Virus record (IMG/VR): IMGVR_UViG_3300023174_000147
Length of the DNA: 64,000 nucleotides
From: an uncultured virus (IMG/VR IMGVR_UViG_3300023174_000147)
Taxonomy: Duplodnaviria > Heunggongvirae > Uroviricota > Caudoviricetes
Strand: one strand, 5' to 3'
Shown piece after piece: positions 60,673-64,000 of the stretch. Position numbers and translations under genes: made by a program. The notes beneath the pieces were generated by a model that saw nothing but the letters and a program-made list of their open reading frames with translations, ran no database searches and was not told the DNA's origin. Position 1 is the stretch's first letter; each line of letters begins with the position of its first letter.

Positions 60673-62391
60673 CTAGGTTAGCGAAAACTTATAGTTTCCA
60701 CAATCCCATATCTTATAATAGCCCATTCCGTGCATTATGTTATCTACCGTATCGTCCTGGGAATATCCTTTTTCTACTAATTTCTTTTTAGTCCAATTTA
60801 ATCTATTGGATCTTTTCCCGTCTATACACCAATAATATCCAGGATCTGTAATCTTAACTAGGGAAAACCCTGATTTATTATACGAGGTAGTTGTCCAATC
60901 AGGAGAGAATGATATATCGCAATATGTAACCAGTGAATTGCCGATGTTTTTTCTAAAATATGAAATAATTTTAGAAACCCCGCCTATCACTATATTGCCT
61001 TTCTTTGTACAACTTCTTATTACCTCATATTCAAATTTAGTTTTACTTGATTCTATAAGTTTTCTAGTTTTAGAAAAACTCATTATTGACAATAATTCAT
61101 TCTCACTATATAAGCCTAATATTATACTAGCGGTAGAATAACCTTTTATGTGATTCTCAGTACAGAATTTTCTGTAATCCGATTGAGCTACATTAAGCAC
61201 TGTACATTTTCTAGCATATGTTCTTTTAGTTGATATATTAAGGGTAGCAGAAATCATTGATTTAATGAGATCCTTTTTATAAGTCCAATCATCTTCCCAT
61301 ATATTGTATAGTTTAATGCCCTTAGATAATAGGTATTTGCTCTTTTCCTGGTGATATTCTTTAGTCTTATAAACTTCAGAATGCCAATATAGTCCATTAA
61401 ATTCGAATGCAATCTTAGGCTCAGGTAAAAATATATCAGATTCTGAAAATTTAGAGGTTCCCCTAAATATTTCTCTATCATTTCTTTTTATATCTCCATC
61501 ATATATGCTACTTATAAATTCGTGAAGTTCATCTTCCATTTTAGATCCTGCCATATTGGGAGGATTACATGAAGGACAGGGATTAATAGAATTTCTTAAT
61601 TTATAGTTTATTGATACCGGGTGATTTGTGAATTCTTTATCACATACGGTACAAAGCAATTTGGATCTAATAGAATTATAAACTAATAGTTTTATATTAA
61701 ATTCATCTAGTTTTTCACCCAATTCATTTCGCTTTGTGGTGGAGGATGATGTTGCAACTTTCTCTGCAATATCTTTATTTTTCATTGCGTTAATATTACC
61801 ATATTTAGCTTTATTAGTATTAGAAGCTTTTTCCCCCTGTATGAAATTTAAGCTTCCGTGTCTATCTATACATGTAGAGTTTCTTTTCTCTAGAATTTCG
61901 CTATTTCTCAATGCATGCTCAGTACCATATTTTTCCAGCATTGTTGCTTTTATCGCAATTTTAGTATCTTCACATTTGAAATTATGATCTACACCGTATT
62001 TGTTTAGCATGGTATTTTTGTATTTTTCTCTAGCAGAGGATCCTTCACCGAAGTAATTATTACCATATTTTTCATCTATAGTCTTTTTGAACGATTCAAC
62101 TTTCATTTTAGATCTACATTCTTTAACACCACAAGTTGGATGATAGCCATTAGAATATCTATAAAATATCCTGCTATTAATACAATATGGACATTTAGCG
62201 ATTTCTGTTACATTCTCTGTTAAATGCCAAAGTCTTCTTCCGATTTCGCATTCAGGTTCAAGATAGCTAGTTTTTTCTGTTATTTCTGATAGCAGACGTG
62301 AGTTATTTCTTATTATAGAGAAAATCCCATTAGCTGCAATCCCGTCTTTTTTACGTTTATTTAGTTCATTAATTATATCAGAAAGTATCAT
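60673..62391 (-). mobile_element. free-standing Hef-like homing endonuclease gene (Zn ribbons, KYG repeats, PD-(D/E)XK/Vsr-like nuclease, C-terminal GNAT/Mom-like domain)
   Basis: CPYC..CGVKEC; KYGVDHNF/KYGTEHAL repeats; ESDIFLPEPKIAFEFNGLYWHS..YHQEK..IWEDDW; ARKC..NHIKG..GGVSKII..TYCD..IWDCG. Confidence 0.75.
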
Positions 62392-62412
62392 GTCTCTATA
62401 TATTGTTTATAT

Positions 62413-62420
62413 TATATATC
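62413..62420 (-). promoter_or_regulatory. GATATATA putative late promoter
   Basis: Between capsid terminator and endonuclease start at 62391. Confidence 0.6.
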
Positions 62421-62429
62421 ATTATATGC

Positions 62430-62462
62430 AAAAAAAGTCCTAGTGTTTCCACCAGGACTTTT
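62430..62462 (-). terminator. intrinsic terminator of major capsid gene
   Basis: Minus strand AGTCCTGGTG-GAAA-CACTAGGACT followed by T run. Confidence 0.85.
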
Positions 62463-62482
62463 ATTTATTGGGTTAGTTAAGA

Positions 62483-64000
62483 TTAAGCTAAACCGCCAGC
62501 AGGTACTTGTACAAAGAATGTTAAGTACATAGTTTCTGGTAAGAAACCAGCTTCTACTAAAGCGTATCTTGATTTAACTGCTATTTTAGGTGACATCGTA
62601 CCTTCAGAGATAGTTTGGATACTTTCAGCCATCATGTAAGGCATAAATTTAATACCTGGTTCGTCGTCTCCTCCTTTTCTACCGACACAAACTCTTGTGT
62701 CATTGTAGCTCATGTTTTGATCAACATATACAGTCATACCAGCAAGAGAACCTACAGGGTATAATGTACCGTTGTTTTGAGTTAAAGTATTAGAGAATGG
62801 TGCGAAAGTGAACTGAGAGATATCTTGAAGTGCACTTGCAACTGCAGCGTTTGTAATGATGAAGTTAGCAGGACCTCTTCTACCTCTATTAGCTACCACG
62901 TTAGCAGCTGCAAGAAGTCTAGAGAATAATCTTCTTTGTAAAGTTGATAAGTTCTCATATCCTCCTGATGCAGGACCTGCAGGGATTGCCATAGTTTTAG
63001 CAGTATCGTCTTTCTGTACGTAAGCTAATGTAGTACCCTGAGTACCGCCGATAATTAAGTTTAAGTTAAGGTTTTGAGCTTCGACGTTCAAAAATTGTTG
63101 GTGATTAGACCATCCTAAAGCAAATGCTCTTGAAAGGATGTGCTTGTTGATTGCTTGAGAAACCTCGTTAACTAATGCGTTCTCGATCATTGAAATAACG
63201 TCGATACCGAATTGTTTGTTAAGATCTTGAATTTGCTCAGTTGTAACTGATGCAGCAACTTGGAAAGTTTCAGCCTCTACGAATTTAGTGAAAGTTGAAA
63301 GACCCATTGAGTTGAAGTAAGTAGACTCAGCAACACCTCTTAACATTGGGTTGTAAGTTTTAGTACCATCAACATAAGGACCTTGATAAGCGTCAGTGTT
63401 GTTGAAGCCAGCACCAGAGTAACCTTGAATGTGATCTTCTAAAGCTTTAACTAATTGTGCAGTACCAGCTGTTGCAGAAGTATAAAATCCTGATCCAGCA
63501 CTTGCAGTAACTACTTGTGCAGGAGTACCGTTGAAGTAAGAAGCAACGTTAGAACCTGATGCGATACCAGTGATTTGGAAAATAGGGAAACCATCAATTC
63601 TAGATAAACCTACGAAAGTTAAAAGTAAAGTGTTGCTAATAGAAGCAGTACCACCTACTGTGAATGTACCAGCAGTAGCACCAGTAACACCTGTTCCAGT
63701 TGCTGATTGGAAAGTAGGGAATTTGATCATTGAAGGAGCAGTAGCTAACTGATCAGCAGCTGAAGTAGCAGTAGCAGCAGCAACTTTACCACCTGCGTAT
63801 ACGTAGTCTAAGTAAGACAAGATACCAGTTGGACCTGACATAGGGATAACAGGAACGATGTCAAAACCTACAGTCTTCGCAGCTACTTGAATAGCTAATG
63901 GAAGTAATGAAGGGAATTTATCGCCTGAACCTTGCCAAGTGTTGTTATAAAAACCAGCGTTTGCGCCAGTTGAATAAGCACTACCGGGATATGAAGCACC
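62483..64000 (-). CDS. gp23: major capsid protein, T4 gp23-like (5' end outside window)
   Basis: Frame open to window edge: LLPLAIQVAAKTVGFDIVPVIPMSGPTG; TTEQIQDL; RGRRGPANF; VGSLAGMTVYVD; FMPY; PKIAVKSRYAL. Confidence 0.95.
   Translation of the reverse strand, partial: GASYPGSAYSTGANAGFYNNTWQGSGDKFPSLLPLAIQVAAKTVGFDIVPVIPMSGPTGILSYLDYVYAGGKVAAATATSAADQLATAPSMIKFPTFQSATGTGVTGATAGTFTVGGTASISNTLLLTFVGLSRIDGFPIFQITGIASGSNVASYFNGTPAQVVTASAGSGFYTSATAGTAQLVKALEDHIQGYSGAGFNNTDAYQGPYVDGTKTYNPMLRGVAESTYFNSMGLSTFTKFVEAETFQVAASVTTEQIQDLNKQFGIDVISMIENALVNEVSQAINKHILSRAFALGWSNHQQFLNVEAQNLNLNLIIGGTQGTTLAYVQKDDTAKTMAIPAGPASGGYENLSTLQRRLFSRLLAAANVVANRGRRGPANFIITNAAVASALQDISQFTFAPFSNTLTQNNGTLYPVGSLAGMTVYVDQNMSYNDTRVCVGRKGGDDEPGIKFMPYMMAESIQTISEGTMSPKIAVKSRYALVEAGFLPETMYLTFFVQVPAGGLA

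Noticed and set aside
1..64000. Stop-codon reassignment (TAG to Gln) as in some Bacteroidota phages
   Set aside because: Genes are full length and tightly packed in the standard code; TAG stops at 38341, 53671 and 60673 fall at plausible ends
60673..64000. Intron or intein in the major capsid gene
   Set aside because: Capsid frame is continuous to a normal C-terminus and terminator; the nuclease lies downstream
1..64000. tRNA or structured ncRNA genes
   Set aside because: Intergenic gaps are short and AT-rich; only terminator hairpins seen by eye

Overview
AT-rich segment of a large T4-like (myovirus-type, probably jumbo) phage genome, almost entirely on the minus strand, read in the standard genetic code. 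It spans a virion morphogenesis region: the 3' part of a gp23-like major capsid gene and its terminator, a free-standing Hef-like homing endonuclease, a block of probable internal-head proteins, a nucleotide kinase + AsnB-like pair, a Nudix hydrolase, a baseplate/neck module (gp48/54-, gp53-, gp27-, gp5-, gp13-, gp25-, gp6-, gp7-like) interrupted by a ribosomal protein S1 homologue and an amidoligase, large fibre/decoration proteins, PhoH, three collagen-motif fibre paralogues, a candidate lysis protein, a gp3-like tail terminator and a RuvC-like resolvase. A Bacteroidota host is inferred from the S1 N-terminus, Reg_prop-like propellers, a TAnnTTTG promoter element and A-rich SD-less leaders. 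The most notable patterns are: a G-x-T-[G/A/S] motif shared across unrelated outer virion proteins (candidate modification sequon), T4-CTS-like 'F-x-[DE]-F...NE' leaders on a protein cassette, a recurring GATATATA promoter, and three fibre paralogues with exactly 11 in-register collagen triplets. All functional calls come from motif recognition by eye; no searches were run.
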